A program made the translations under genes and the position numbers. A stretch of 30,312 bases of DNA. Source: a virus. Its lineage: Duplodnaviria > Caudoviricetes. Shown here one piece after another: positions 1 through 7,530 of this stretch. Each line of letters opens with the position of its first letter. Within the stretch, counting starts at the first letter, position 1. The stretch spans positions 1 through 30,312 of the IMG/VR virus record IMGVR_UViG_3300030372_003045; one strand, 5' to 3'. The notes beneath the pieces were generated by a model. It was not told the origin of the DNA. It searched no databases and saw only the letters and a list, made by a program, of their open reading frames with translations.

Positions 1-65
1 GCCTTCTTAGCAGCAGCTTTGCCTTTGGCGGTGTACGGAAACTTTTTACCCATTACGTTTGGCAT
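1..65 (-). CDS. Small basic phage protein, partial (runs off window): MPNVMGKKFPYTAKGKAAAKKA...
   Basis: Read by hand. ATG overlaps the upstream TAA (TAATG coupling at 63-67). Resembles small Lys-rich marine phage proteins. Confidence 0.7.
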   Translation of the reverse strand, partial: MPNVMGKKFPYTAKGKAAAKK

Positions 66-361
66 TATGCTTTATCCTTCTTGTTGCGTGCGGAAATGCC
101 AGCTGCCTTCTTCTTGGCATCTGCTTTGGAGGAAGCACCCCATGCCCGAAGCGAAAGCAACAAGCGAGTGGGTCTGCCTTTGGAATCACGTTCTGGCCCC
201 GGCATGCCGCCCATACGAGCAAGGAAGCTGGCGCGGCGCGGGTTATCCCCTGACTTAACAGGAGGTTTAAGTGTGCCGCCTTTATAAGAAGCACGCCCCT
301 TGGCATTCAAACCGCCTTTGGGGTTCTTGCCTTCTTTACGAGTCCATGCAGGGCTTGCCAT
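65..361 (-). CDS. DUF6321-like basic phage protein
   Basis: AWTRKEGKNPKGGLNAKGRASY...RRASFLARMGGM...SLRAW signature. TAATG coupling at both ends. Confidence 0.85.
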   Translation of the reverse strand: MASPAWTRKEGKNPKGGLNAKGRASYKGGTLKPPVKSGDNPRRASFLARMGGMPGPERDSKGRPTRLLLSLRAWGASSKADAKKKAAGISARNKKDKA

Positions 362-1155
362 TATATTGTCCTGTCTGGCTTGGGAGTAGGGAGCGTCATA
401 AGAGCAGCATCAAGCAGCCCCTTGCGCTCAGTATCCATTGGGGTGGCAGGGAAGACAGGCGCTATCTCATCATTCTCAAAGAATGCCGGACGCGGTGACG
501 GGTAGAGATCATCAACCTTGTCCTCATCAGGCACAAAGATATCCACATGCAAAGCGCCGCCTTCTTCTGGCGGCACACTATCTGGTGCAAACTGATTGCC
601 AAGAACGCGCAGGAACGGATAAGCCCTACCCATCATGCCCTTATTCTCGTTCAAGGAAGACTGACGCATCGCAGCTTTGAACTGGGTAACAACATCTACA
701 TTGTTACCAGTGTCCAGCATCACATCGCCAATCTCATCAATGTACTCGCGCACAAAGCTGGGGTTGCTTGAGAAGTCGTACTTGTCAGTAATGCGATAGC
801 CATTACCGTCACGCTTAATAACAAACGTGCCAAGCATCATCTTCAGATCGGTGGCAAAGCCCTGATCTTCAAAATCCTTGAAGAAGCTGTCAGTGCCAAA
901 AAAATCATTAACCAGATGATAATCAATCTGACCAGCACGTAGACTACGCACCTCGCGTGCGCCGCCTTGCTTCTGGTATCGATCAATATGGGACTGTGTG
1001 GTTGCTTCATCTTTATAATAGTGATCGCCAATCTTGCGAAGCACAGCAAGTAACTCCGGCGATATGTTATCTGCCGTAAGCCGGTCCTGATCCATAAACT
1101 CAGGAAGCATGGAATTGAATGCAGCTTTGAGAAAGACTTTTTGGTAATCGCGCAT
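361..1155 (-). CDS. Hypothetical phage protein (264 aa)
   Basis: Long ORF coupled to the next gene, with a TGTGCG box about 35 nt upstream. Confidence 0.75.
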   Translation of the reverse strand: MRDYQKVFLKAAFNSMLPEFMDQDRLTADNISPELLAVLRKIGDHYYKDEATTQSHIDRYQKQGGAREVRSLRAGQIDYHLVNDFFGTDSFFKDFEDQGFATDLKMMLGTFVIKRDGNGYRITDKYDFSSNPSFVREYIDEIGDVMLDTGNNVDVVTQFKAAMRQSSLNENKGMMGRAYPFLRVLGNQFAPDSVPPEEGGALHVDIFVPDEDKVDDLYPSPRPAFFENDEIAPVFPATPMDTERKGLLDAALMTLPTPKPDRTI

Positions 1156-1187
1156 GACAGCAATATCGCTGACAAATTATTTATGCA

Positions 1188-1361
1188 TCAACGCACAAAT
1201 CTCGCATGTACCCACATAGCAAAGAACAACAGGATAAGAAGCGGTTGCAGCACAACAAATAGTATTAGATTCCAAGCCTCATAAGATATGCCTGTGCCTG
1301 CTTCCATAGCCAAGATCACATCAACACACCATAGAAACCAGTAATTCACAAACTCAGTCAT
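1188..1361 (-). CDS. Small membrane protein (57 aa, MTEFVNYWFLWCVDVILAMEAGTGISYEAWNLILFVVLQPLLILLFFAMWVHARFVR)
   Basis: Not in the ORF track. Strong GGAGGTG RBS, hydrophobic C-terminal helix and its own promoter. Confidence 0.8.
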   Translation of the reverse strand: MTEFVNYWFLWCVDVILAMEAGTGISYEAWNLILFVVLQPLLILLFFAMWVHARFVR

Positions 1362-1375
1362 TGTCACCTCCAGTC

Positions 1376-1410
1376 TACTGCATTATTGCAGTACGAGCCT
1401 TGAGGGTCAA
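1376..1410 (-). promoter_or_regulatory. Sigma70-type promoter TTGACC-17-AATAAT overlapped by operator TACTGCA-N4-TGCAGTA
   Basis: -35 at 1410-1405, -10 at 1387-1382, palindrome at 1376-1393. Confidence 0.7.
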
Positions 1411-1514
1411 TAATGTTTGTGTGGGACCTGTTGCATAGTACTCGCCCCGGTTTTTCCCCCCACCCCCCTTACATGGTACAGCTGCACCGTTCGCACAGAC
1501 TTTCGTCTGCACTC

Positions 1515-1877
1515 TCAGGTTAAGTCGATACTCACCGAGATTTCACCAGCATGTAAATGCATCGTCCTATCCACAGCCTTGAAGCCAGCCCTGTCCAGTA
1601 TATCTTTGGACGCCTCAAGCTGAACGTACTCAGACTTAGCACCTTGCGCTAACTGTAATACCTTGGCTGCTGCTACCGTAGCGTTCATGCCTAACGTCTC
1701 AGTCACTCTCTGCATCATGTACGCCTGCACATGCTGTGTCTTCAAAGCCTTGCTGGCACTCACTCTGCCTGCTTCGCCGTTTGCATACCCTGCTGTTTGT
1801 GCTGCTTGCTTGATGCTGCATCCAGTTGCTACCAGCGTATCAACCAACACAGTCTGTTTATCTGTTAGTTTGTGCAT
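1515..1877 (-). CDS. terS: Terminase small subunit
   Basis: N-terminal LTDKQ...AA..AGY HTH and C-terminal AKSEYVQLEASKDILDRAG motif typical of TerS. Confidence 0.8.
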   Translation of the reverse strand: MHKLTDKQTVLVDTLVATGCSIKQAAQTAGYANGEAGRVSASKALKTQHVQAYMMQRVTETLGMNATVAAAKVLQLAQGAKSEYVQLEASKDILDRAGFKAVDRTMHLHAGEISVSIDLT

Positions 1878-1950
1878 GTTCTAAAAGAAACCCCCCCTGT
1901 AATCCCCCCCTTTATCCAGCCCGATTGCACCCTTCGTCAACGCACAAAAC

Positions 1951-2402
1951 TGCGCTTCGCACTGTTGCGTATTGCAGCACGAAACACCCCATTCGATGGG
2001 GTATGTCGCGCTCTTCGATGCGCCGAGTCGACTCAGCAAAACCGTCTAGTTGCGCTTCGCACTTTTTATTTGTTTTGCCAGTTCGTCGCCGTGCTTACTC
2101 AGCTTTCTTACTGTCACAACCACGCTCGCCGCTTGGGCACACAACAATACACCACACATGCCTGAGTCGGACGTATCGACCCACCCAAGGGTGAAGGCGC
2201 AACAGGGCAGGCCAGCTGCCCAGTTACACCTTCATCCGCGCCATAACGTGGCTGTCCCCGTCTTTCTACAGTTGGCGCGGATGGCCAGACGCACGTTGCG
2301 CGTCTCGCATGGTCAAGGGCAAACCCACTTGGCGAGTTTGCCCTTGCGTCGTCCGTCTACGCCTCAGCCAATCTGAGCATTGTTGGTCAGATAAGATCAA
2401 CA
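1951..2402. other. Densely structured non-coding region (multiple hairpins, 13-bp direct repeat)
   Basis: About 9 inverted-repeat pairs. TGCGCTTCGCACT at 1951 and 2051. No credible ORF. Confidence 0.7.
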
Positions 2403-2439
2403 CAAACACAGTAACAGATAAACAAACAGGAGTTACCTC

Positions 2440-2988
2440 ATGGCTGATTCAAACATCACTGAAACAATCGTTGACCTTTTCATTGACAACTACAACGTAG
2501 AAGCACTGGACGATGACAGGTTCCGCCACATCAACGGCGACCACGGCTTGCCAAACCCACGCTTCAACATGGGCGCGAAGTACGAGCTTGGTGGGATAGC
2601 AGACAGCGCCGCCTACTCACTCGGACAAAAACGCGACTGGCTCAACAGGGTAGAAACCAACCAGCAGGCAGAACTTGAAGCCAACGGCAACGAATCCACC
2701 AAGTTCCAGCGGCTATCGATGGACTTGGTTAAAGCGGAAGCCGCCTTTGAGAATGCACACATGATCTACCAAGTATTCGTAGACCTTTACAACGCACTGA
2801 CAGGTGACATCTGGTGCGGCGCTCACGCTGAAGAAGACTACGGACGCCGCTGGTGGGCAGAGCAGAAGGAAGCAATGCGCACTCCTACTAACGCCTATGT
2901 TGCACCAACCAAGAAGGCGATAGCATCCAAGAAGGAAATGCTAAAGCAACGCGCACGTGATGCACAGACAGCAGCCGCTGTAGGCTAA
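2440..2988 (+). CDS. Hypothetical early protein (182 aa)
   Basis: AGGAG RBS, first rightward gene, followed by a terminator. Confidence 0.85.
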   Translation: MADSNITETIVDLFIDNYNVEALDDDRFRHINGDHGLPNPRFNMGAKYELGGIADSAAYSLGQKRDWLNRVETNQQAELEANGNESTKFQRLSMDLVKAEAAFENAHMIYQVFVDLYNALTGDIWCGAHAEEDYGRRWWAEQKEAMRTPTNAYVAPTKKAIASKKEMLKQRARDAQTAAAVG

Positions 2989-2996
2989 TCTCCCCC

Positions 2997-3040
2997 GGTG
3001 GGGCTGGTACATACACTAGCCCCACCATCTTCTTTTTTTT
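2997..3040 (+). terminator. Rho-independent terminator
   Basis: GGTGGGGCTGGT-ACATAC-ACTAGCCCCACC stem followed by a T-rich tract. Confidence 0.85.
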
Positions 3041-3263
3041 GTTGCCTCATCGCTAGCGACATCTACCCAGCCCCCACTTCGTCCCGGCTGGACCCACCAC
3101 CCGTTCAAAAGCTAACCACCAGCACCTCGCCCTTGCCCCCGGAATTGGTGCAACCCTGTTGGTGACTCGTTTCTTGGCTCGTGACGGACTCATCAAACGC
3201 AATTCATTGTGCGTTTTGTCACTCAAACTTTTGTGCTGCGTTCTGATCTCAAGGAGATTGAAA

Positions 3264-3485
3264 ATGCTGATACTTCACAACTTCGCACGGCGTGAGATTT
3301 ACGACTACACAATAGATGCTCTGGCAACCCACTTGGATGCCATCATTGCCGCTCATCATAACAACCCTGATGGGGACGATATGCAGCGGTATCTCCGGGT
3401 ACATGATCTATGTGTCCACTACATCAACGAACAGTTAGGCAACCCACTCAAAGACAAGGAGGTCAATCAATGGACGGAACAATAA
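3264..3485 (+). CDS. Hypothetical protein (73 aa)
   Basis: AAGGAG RBS precedes ATG 3264, a better start than 3159. Confidence 0.75.
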   Translation: MLILHNFARREIYDYTIDALATHLDAIIAAHHNNPDGDDMQRYLRVHDLCVHYINEQLGNPLKDKEVNQWTEQ

Positions 3486-3535
3486 TCGTTGCTGCAATGC
3501 TTCGCTCATCTGCGTGGAGAGCCTTAACCCAGTAG
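3470..3535 (+). CDS. Mini-ORF (21 aa, MDGTIIVAAMLRSSAWRALTQ)
   Basis: AAGGAGG RBS. The stop lies in the left arm of a long stem. Confidence 0.4.
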   Translation: MDGTIIVAAMLRSSAWRALTQ

Positions 3536-3617
3536 AATCTCCTTGCTCCGGGGAGCAGGGGCCTCGTTAGTTGTGCTGCGACTGCAATCGTTAACCGTTT
3601 TTCTACTGGGTTTAAGG
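3522..3617. ncRNA. Putative structured RNA / inverted-repeat element
   Basis: CCTTAACCCAGTAGAA pairs with TTCTACTGGGTTTAAGG (one bulge) and encloses inner hairpins. Confidence 0.5.
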
Positions 3618-3668
3618 AACTGACGGAAGTTCAACTACCCCTGCATCATTTTAAAACTGGAGGTCATC

Positions 3669-3971
3669 ATGACAGTAACTGCACTTACTGCCGCTGCAAA
3701 CGGCATTACTATTCAACGTGAGGTGTTTCAACACAGCACCACAATCAAGCTCGTCATCAAGACAACAACTGGATCTGATTACACCTTATTGATCAGCGAT
3801 CCTAATGGCGATCCTTACATCCAAGAATTCACTGCCAAAGCATATCCAAGCAATGGTGATACTGAATGTGAGAATGAGTTTGTGCGTTGTCGTTATCCCT
3901 TGTTCCGTCCTCAAGTTACAGACGAAGAAATCTGGGAGATGAACAAGGAAACGGAGCGGCTCTATGCCTAA
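3669..3971 (+). CDS. Hypothetical protein
   Basis: GGAGG RBS; overlaps the next gene. Confidence 0.8.
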   Translation: MTVTALTAAANGITIQREVFQHSTTIKLVIKTTTGSDYTLLISDPNGDPYIQEFTAKAYPSNGDTECENEFVRCRYPLFRPQVTDEEIWEMNKETERLYA

Positions 3972-4176
3972 AGAAAAGCTATGGGTGTATGACACCTTAA
4001 CATACTTAAACGTTTATGCTGAGTCACAAGATGAAGCAGACAATAAAGTATTTCAAATTGGCAACCAGATCGGTGTTGAATTTGACCTTGTTGATGATTG
4101 GGAAGAATATCAACTTGAGCATGAGGAGAGAGAAAAAAAAAGTCAGAGAATGCAAGCGCAGCAGAGCAGTTTATGA
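3964..4176 (+). CDS. Hypothetical acidic protein
   Basis: GGAG RBS; ATGA overlap with the next gene. Confidence 0.75.
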   Translation: MPKEKLWVYDTLTYLNVYAESQDEADNKVFQIGNQIGVEFDLVDDWEEYQLEHEEREKKSQRMQAQQSSL

Positions 4177-4505
4177 GGCTTCCATACGATATGCTGGAAA
4201 GCTCTCAATATAGAGCGCTCTCAGCTGATGCACGTGCGGTTCTCATTGATATGCATCTCGGCTTTCATGGTCACAATAATGGCGCGATCGCCTATAGCCT
4301 GCGTCAAGCTATGGAGTGCTTACACTCTGGCAGCGAGCGAGCCAAACGAGCCATAGACCAGCTGCAATCAAGCAGATTTATAATTTGCCGCCGTGCATCT
4401 AGTTTTCATTTGAAGACTAAGAAAGCTCGCGAGTGGGAGATTACTTTCCAGCCATTGCCAAATGGCAGTCCTTCTCATGCTTGGAAAAAACAAAACACAG
4501 ACTAG
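4173..4505 (+). CDS. Winged-HTH DNA-binding protein
   Basis: LPYDML.S..YRALS..AR.VL...HNNG.I..S...A..A...L...FI pattern seen in alphaproteobacterial phage/island HTH proteins. Confidence 0.7.
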   Translation: MRLPYDMLESSQYRALSADARAVLIDMHLGFHGHNNGAIAYSLRQAMECLHSGSERAKRAIDQLQSSRFIICRRASSFHLKTKKAREWEITFQPLPNGSPSHAWKKQNTD

Positions 4506-4546
4506 ATAAAAGGGTGACAAAGTTATGAGTGAAGGAGGTATCCACA

Positions 4547-4690
4547 ATGGAAGCGCAGAAAGTATTTGAGTTGCTGTAACAAATCACTGCGTATTTGTTT
4601 TTTGAAGACGCAAGGGTGGCCAAGGGCCAGCAGCGCAAAGACATCTGTATCGTGGACTGTGGTGACTACCGTTTAGTGTACGCAATGTAG
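4547..4690 (+). pseudogene. 47-codon gene with in-frame TAA at codon 11
   Basis: AAGGAGG RBS. Reads MEAQKVFELL*QITAYLFFEDARVAKGQQRKDICIVDCGDYRLVYAM* and ends 2 nt from the repressor stop. Confidence 0.5.
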
Positions 4691-4692
4691 AG

Positions 4693-5301
4693 TTATCCCT
4701 TCTTATTTGGATCATGATGACGGCTATGTAAATGATCTGGCATATTAAAAGTGGTTATGCTTTGAGCAACTTTACCAATTATTTTGACACAAGAAATCTT
4801 TGGAGGGTCTTTTTGGAACGCCCAATCAGCTGGCTTGAATACAATATGTTTGTCAATAATTTGCCCAACCAAAATACCGTGTTCATCATCTTCAAAAGCA
4901 ACGATATCAGCGTGTTTACATTTTGACTCAATATCTACAACGATTACCGAATGAGATGCTATTCCGCCTGCACCAAAGCCAGTCCACATACCTAGCTTAT
5001 ATGCCTCTACCTTACCCAATTTGGGGTCAACAATCATATCGACTACCGCACCACTCGCATCTTTTACTCTAAGAAGGTCGCCTTTTGCTGGATTGATAAG
5101 ACCCGGCTGCGTTCCGACTACTTTAGATAGTTTGGAGATGGTGCGCGATGACGGGATGAATTTAGTATCAGAATTTAAAAACCTCGTGATGTTGGTTGGT
5201 GATGTACCAGCTTTAGTTGCCCACTCATTAGCAGACAGACCTTTTTCTTGCATCGTTTGCCTAAGCCACACACGGATGGCTCTACGTTCGCTCTCAACCA
5301 C
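4693..5301 (-). CDS. cI: CI-like repressor (XRE HTH plus degenerate S24-like C-terminal domain)
   Basis: N-terminal HTH (LSANEWATKAGTSPTNITRFLN). Divergent from a cro-like gene, with operators between them. Confidence 0.8.
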   Translation of the reverse strand: MVESERRAIRVWLRQTMQEKGLSANEWATKAGTSPTNITRFLNSDTKFIPSSRTISKLSKVVGTQPGLINPAKGDLLRVKDASGAVVDMIVDPKLGKVEAYKLGMWTGFGAGGIASHSVIVVDIESKCKHADIVAFEDDEHGILVGQIIDKHIVFKPADWAFQKDPPKISCVKIIGKVAQSITTFNMPDHLHSRHHDPNKKG

Positions 5302-5321
5302 TGATCAGATCTCCCAAGGTC

Positions 5322-5427
5322 CTGCAATAATGCAGACACTACTCTGATTGCGACTAAATGCTTACAAGCATTAGTGCAGTATAAATATGAATTTACTTAT
5401 TGCAATACTGCATTATTGCAGTATTCT
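5322..5427. promoter_or_regulatory. Immunity switch: three operators and divergent promoters
   Basis: Operators at 5322-5335, 5367-5381 and 5406-5423. TTGCAA at 5400-5405 has -10-like boxes 16 nt away on both strands. Confidence 0.75.
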
Positions 5428-5433
5428 AACTAA

Positions 5434-5634
5434 ATGGAAAGCTATTTCGAAACATTAAACACACTATGTAATCAGAGACATATCAATCTGCGTTCAGCCT
5501 TCATGGCAGCAGACATACCAACCAGCACTTTTTATAGGGCAAAACAACGAAACGATATGCGATTTGATACCGCTGTGAAAGTTCTGGATGCAATCAACAG
5601 AATTTACGCACTTAAAACAGCCAGTGACCATTGA
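5434..5634 (+). CDS. Cro-like HTH protein, probably leaderless
   Basis: Small HTH (AFMAADIPTSTFYR...MRFDTA) divergent from cI. No RBS; ATG is 6 nt after the -10. Confidence 0.75.
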   Translation: MESYFETLNTLCNQRHINLRSAFMAADIPTSTFYRAKQRNDMRFDTAVKVLDAINRIYALKTASDH

Positions 5635-5845
5635 CCCAAACTGGCACGCAGTCGTCAACCGGTTGGTTGAGGCACGACACGCAGCCTCTTTGTCCCAAGA
5701 AGCACTGGCACATAAGATCGGGTGTGCATCCAGCCTGATACATAAGTGGGAACAGTTCAAACGATTGCCGTCAGGCTTTCTATTGTTGTGCTGGCTGGAG
5801 GCATTGGATTGTGAAATTGAAATACGATCGCGTGGGCAAAGCTAG
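5588..5845 (+). CDS. XRE-family HTH regulator
   Basis: LSQEALAHKIGCASSLIHKWEQFKRLPS HTH_3 motif. Confidence 0.85.
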   Translation: MQSTEFTHLKQPVTIDPNWHAVVNRLVEARHAASLSQEALAHKIGCASSLIHKWEQFKRLPSGFLLLCWLEALDCEIEIRSRGQS

Positions 5846-6122
5846 CACATGTGATGCATGCGGCATTGTCACCCCCTATTTCATCTGCCCCATGAAAGAC
5901 CCAACGCCTAGTTGGTATACTATTTGTTTAAATTGTTATGAGGCAGACACATGGCAAGTCGCGCTCGCAATAAAGGAAACTACCACGAAAACTTTTTCGT
6001 CAAGCTATTCAAAGCGTGGAAAATCAAAGCGAAGAAGCAACCGCTCTCTGGCAGCTTGGGCGGAGAGTATAGAGGAGATCTCATCCTCACCATCAACGGA
6101 AAAGACATCATCACAGAAGTAA
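5811..6122 (+). CDS. Putative zinc-finger protein
   Basis: CDAC...CLNC pairs and GGAGG before the GTG start. The C-terminus overlaps the next gene by about 170 nt. Confidence 0.55.
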   Translation: MKLKYDRVGKASTCDACGIVTPYFICPMKDPTPSWYTICLNCYEADTWQVALAIKETTTKTFSSSYSKRGKSKRRSNRSLAAWAESIEEISSSPSTEKTSSQK

Positions 6123-6298
6123 AGTATCGCAAAGGGACATCCTTCCCCTCTCCCTTCACAGTCTTAGAAGGCCGCGATGCTGCTATCTACAAACGTGGCA
6201 CTGGCACTGATCCCAAGTGGATCATGATCCTGCCTGATGCCACCGTCGAGCGTATCTGGAGGTCGCGCAATGATAAAGGTAATCGAAAGAAAGACTAG
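5951..6298 (+). CDS. Putative Holliday junction resolvase (Hjc-like PD-(D/E)XK nuclease)
   Basis: RNKG..HE...PLSG...GDL...EVK motif order. Confidence 0.75.
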   Translation: MASRARNKGNYHENFFVKLFKAWKIKAKKQPLSGSLGGEYRGDLILTINGKDIITEVKYRKGTSFPSPFTVLEGRDAAIYKRGTGTDPKWIMILPDATVERIWRSRNDKGNRKKD

Positions 6299-6491
6299 CA
6301 TTCAAATACACTGCACCCGTGCAGACTGGCCGCTTGTAAGATGGTGCATGGATGAAGGCCTGATGTCTTTTATGGACACTGATCCTAATGACCCAGACAC
6401 AAGCCCAACTGGCCCAGAAGAATTCAAAGCATGGAAGCGTAACGGCAAGCCTTGTGAAACTTCTGCTCTAACACAGATTGATAAGTCCTAA
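6270..6491 (+). CDS. Hypothetical protein (73 aa)
   Basis: GGAGG RBS before ATG 6270; TAATG coupling to the rep gene. Confidence 0.7.
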   Translation: MIKVIERKTSIQIHCTRADWPLVRWCMDEGLMSFMDTDPNDPDTSPTGPEEFKAWKRNGKPCETSALTQIDKS

Positions 6492-7111
6492 TGTCCTACA
6501 AACTCGTCGATGCTGTCATCAACCATGACATTGGTGACGGGCTTGCAAAGTTTGTGCTGATTGCATTAGCTAGGTTCGCCAATGAATCTGGCGTCTGCTT
6601 TCCGTCACTTGATACGCTTTGCCAAGTCACGCACCTGTCACGCCAGACAGTTATCACCAAAATCAAATGGCTAGATAAGCATGGCTTTGTGCAGCGCAGC
6701 CACAAGCCGGGCCGGTCTATGCGCTATACCATACCAGTCAAGCTCTTTGACCACCCGGTCAAGCAGCTAGACCCTAAGCTATCAATAAGCAATCAGAGAA
6801 CAAACAACAGGCATCCTGTTCCAGATGATTGGACAGCTGATGAAAAACTGCGTGCGTCTATCAACGAGACGACAGGCAAGGAGATAGATCATGACCATGA
6901 AGAAGTTAAGTTCCGTAATCATTGGGCCGCAGTCGGATCACAGTTCGCCAACTGGGAACCCAAGTACAGAAGCTGGTGCCTTGACGCTAAATACATCAGA
7001 GAGGTCGCAGGCACTGACACTGCTCCGATCAATGGAGCCAAAAGACACAGACAAGGCACTTCTTACTTCGCTGCAGCAGCTGCAAATATTACTAATACCA
7101 AAATACACTAA
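6491..7111 (+). CDS. Replication initiator (HTH_36-like N-terminus, DnaT-like C-terminus)
   Basis: AKFVLIALA.FANESG.CFPS..TL...LSR.TV and PDDW...F.NHW.......NW...YRSW motifs. Internal iterons. Confidence 0.85.
   Translation: MSYKLVDAVINHDIGDGLAKFVLIALARFANESGVCFPSLDTLCQVTHLSRQTVITKIKWLDKHGFVQRSHKPGRSMRYTIPVKLFDHPVKQLDPKLSISNQRTNNRHPVPDDWTADEKLRASINETTGKEIDHDHEEVKFRNHWAAVGSQFANWEPKYRSWCLDAKYIREVAGTDTAPINGAKRHRQGTSYFAAAAANITNTKIH
6712..6775. repeat. Iterons / putative replication origin
   Basis: CCAGTCAAGCTCTTTGACCAC, CCGGTCAAGCAGCTAGACCCT and a weaker copy at 6712. Period is 21-22 bp, inside the initiator gene as in lambda O. Confidence 0.6.
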
Positions 7112-7478
7112 AAGTCATGAGATTGACCGATACGATATTAGTTACAAGACAACAGCTGAAAACTATCGCCTTGGTTTTCTAGCTATCCAAGAAGCGTGCG
7201 TACCAATGCCTGTCGATGAGATGGCAAAGTCACTGCTGGCTGCAATGATGCTGATGGTCAAGCCGTCAGGCGAGTCACCGCAAGATGCAGCCATGCGATG
7301 CAATCTTTACGCTACACAAATGCAAGACTGGCCTGCTGATATCTTCTTGAAGGTTCTTAACCTTGTGACAAAATACAATACCTTCTGGCCTGCCTTTTCT
7401 GACTTTTACAAGGAATATGAATGGCTTGCGAGAAACAGATTGAAAATGCGTGAAGCCCTGCATTTATGCATGAAATGA
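6891..7478 (+). CDS. Putative helicase-loader-like replication protein
   Basis: Follows the initiator, has a Y...MQDWPADI...FWP...F motif and an AAGGAG RBS at 6878. Start is uncertain. Confidence 0.6.
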   Translation: MTMKKLSSVIIGPQSDHSSPTGNPSTEAGALTLNTSERSQALTLLRSMEPKDTDKALLTSLQQLQILLIPKYTKSHEIDRYDISYKTTAENYRLGFLAIQEACVPMPVDEMAKSLLAAMMLMVKPSGESPQDAAMRCNLYATQMQDWPADIFLKVLNLVTKYNTFWPAFSDFYKEYEWLARNRLKMREALHLCMK

Positions 7479-7479
7479 C

Positions 7480-7508
7480 TTGAATCAACTGCATTAGTGC
7501 AGTAATCT
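7480..7508 (+). promoter_or_regulatory. Promoter TTGAAT-17-TAATCT with an operator in the spacer
   Basis: ACTGCATTAGTGCAGT at 7488-7503; second site CTGCATTTATGCA at 7458-7470. Confidence 0.7.
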
Positions 7509-7530
7509 ACTAAAATGACTGGAGGTCAAC

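Noticed and set aside
1826-2500. Four ORF-track ORFs in the terS-upstream region
   Set aside because: No RBS, unnatural composition, mutually overlapping, and better explained as structured non-coding DNA.
4577-4579. TAA reassignment (alternative genetic code)
   Set aside because: Many genes end in TAA with TAATG coupling, and long genes are uninterrupted under code 11.
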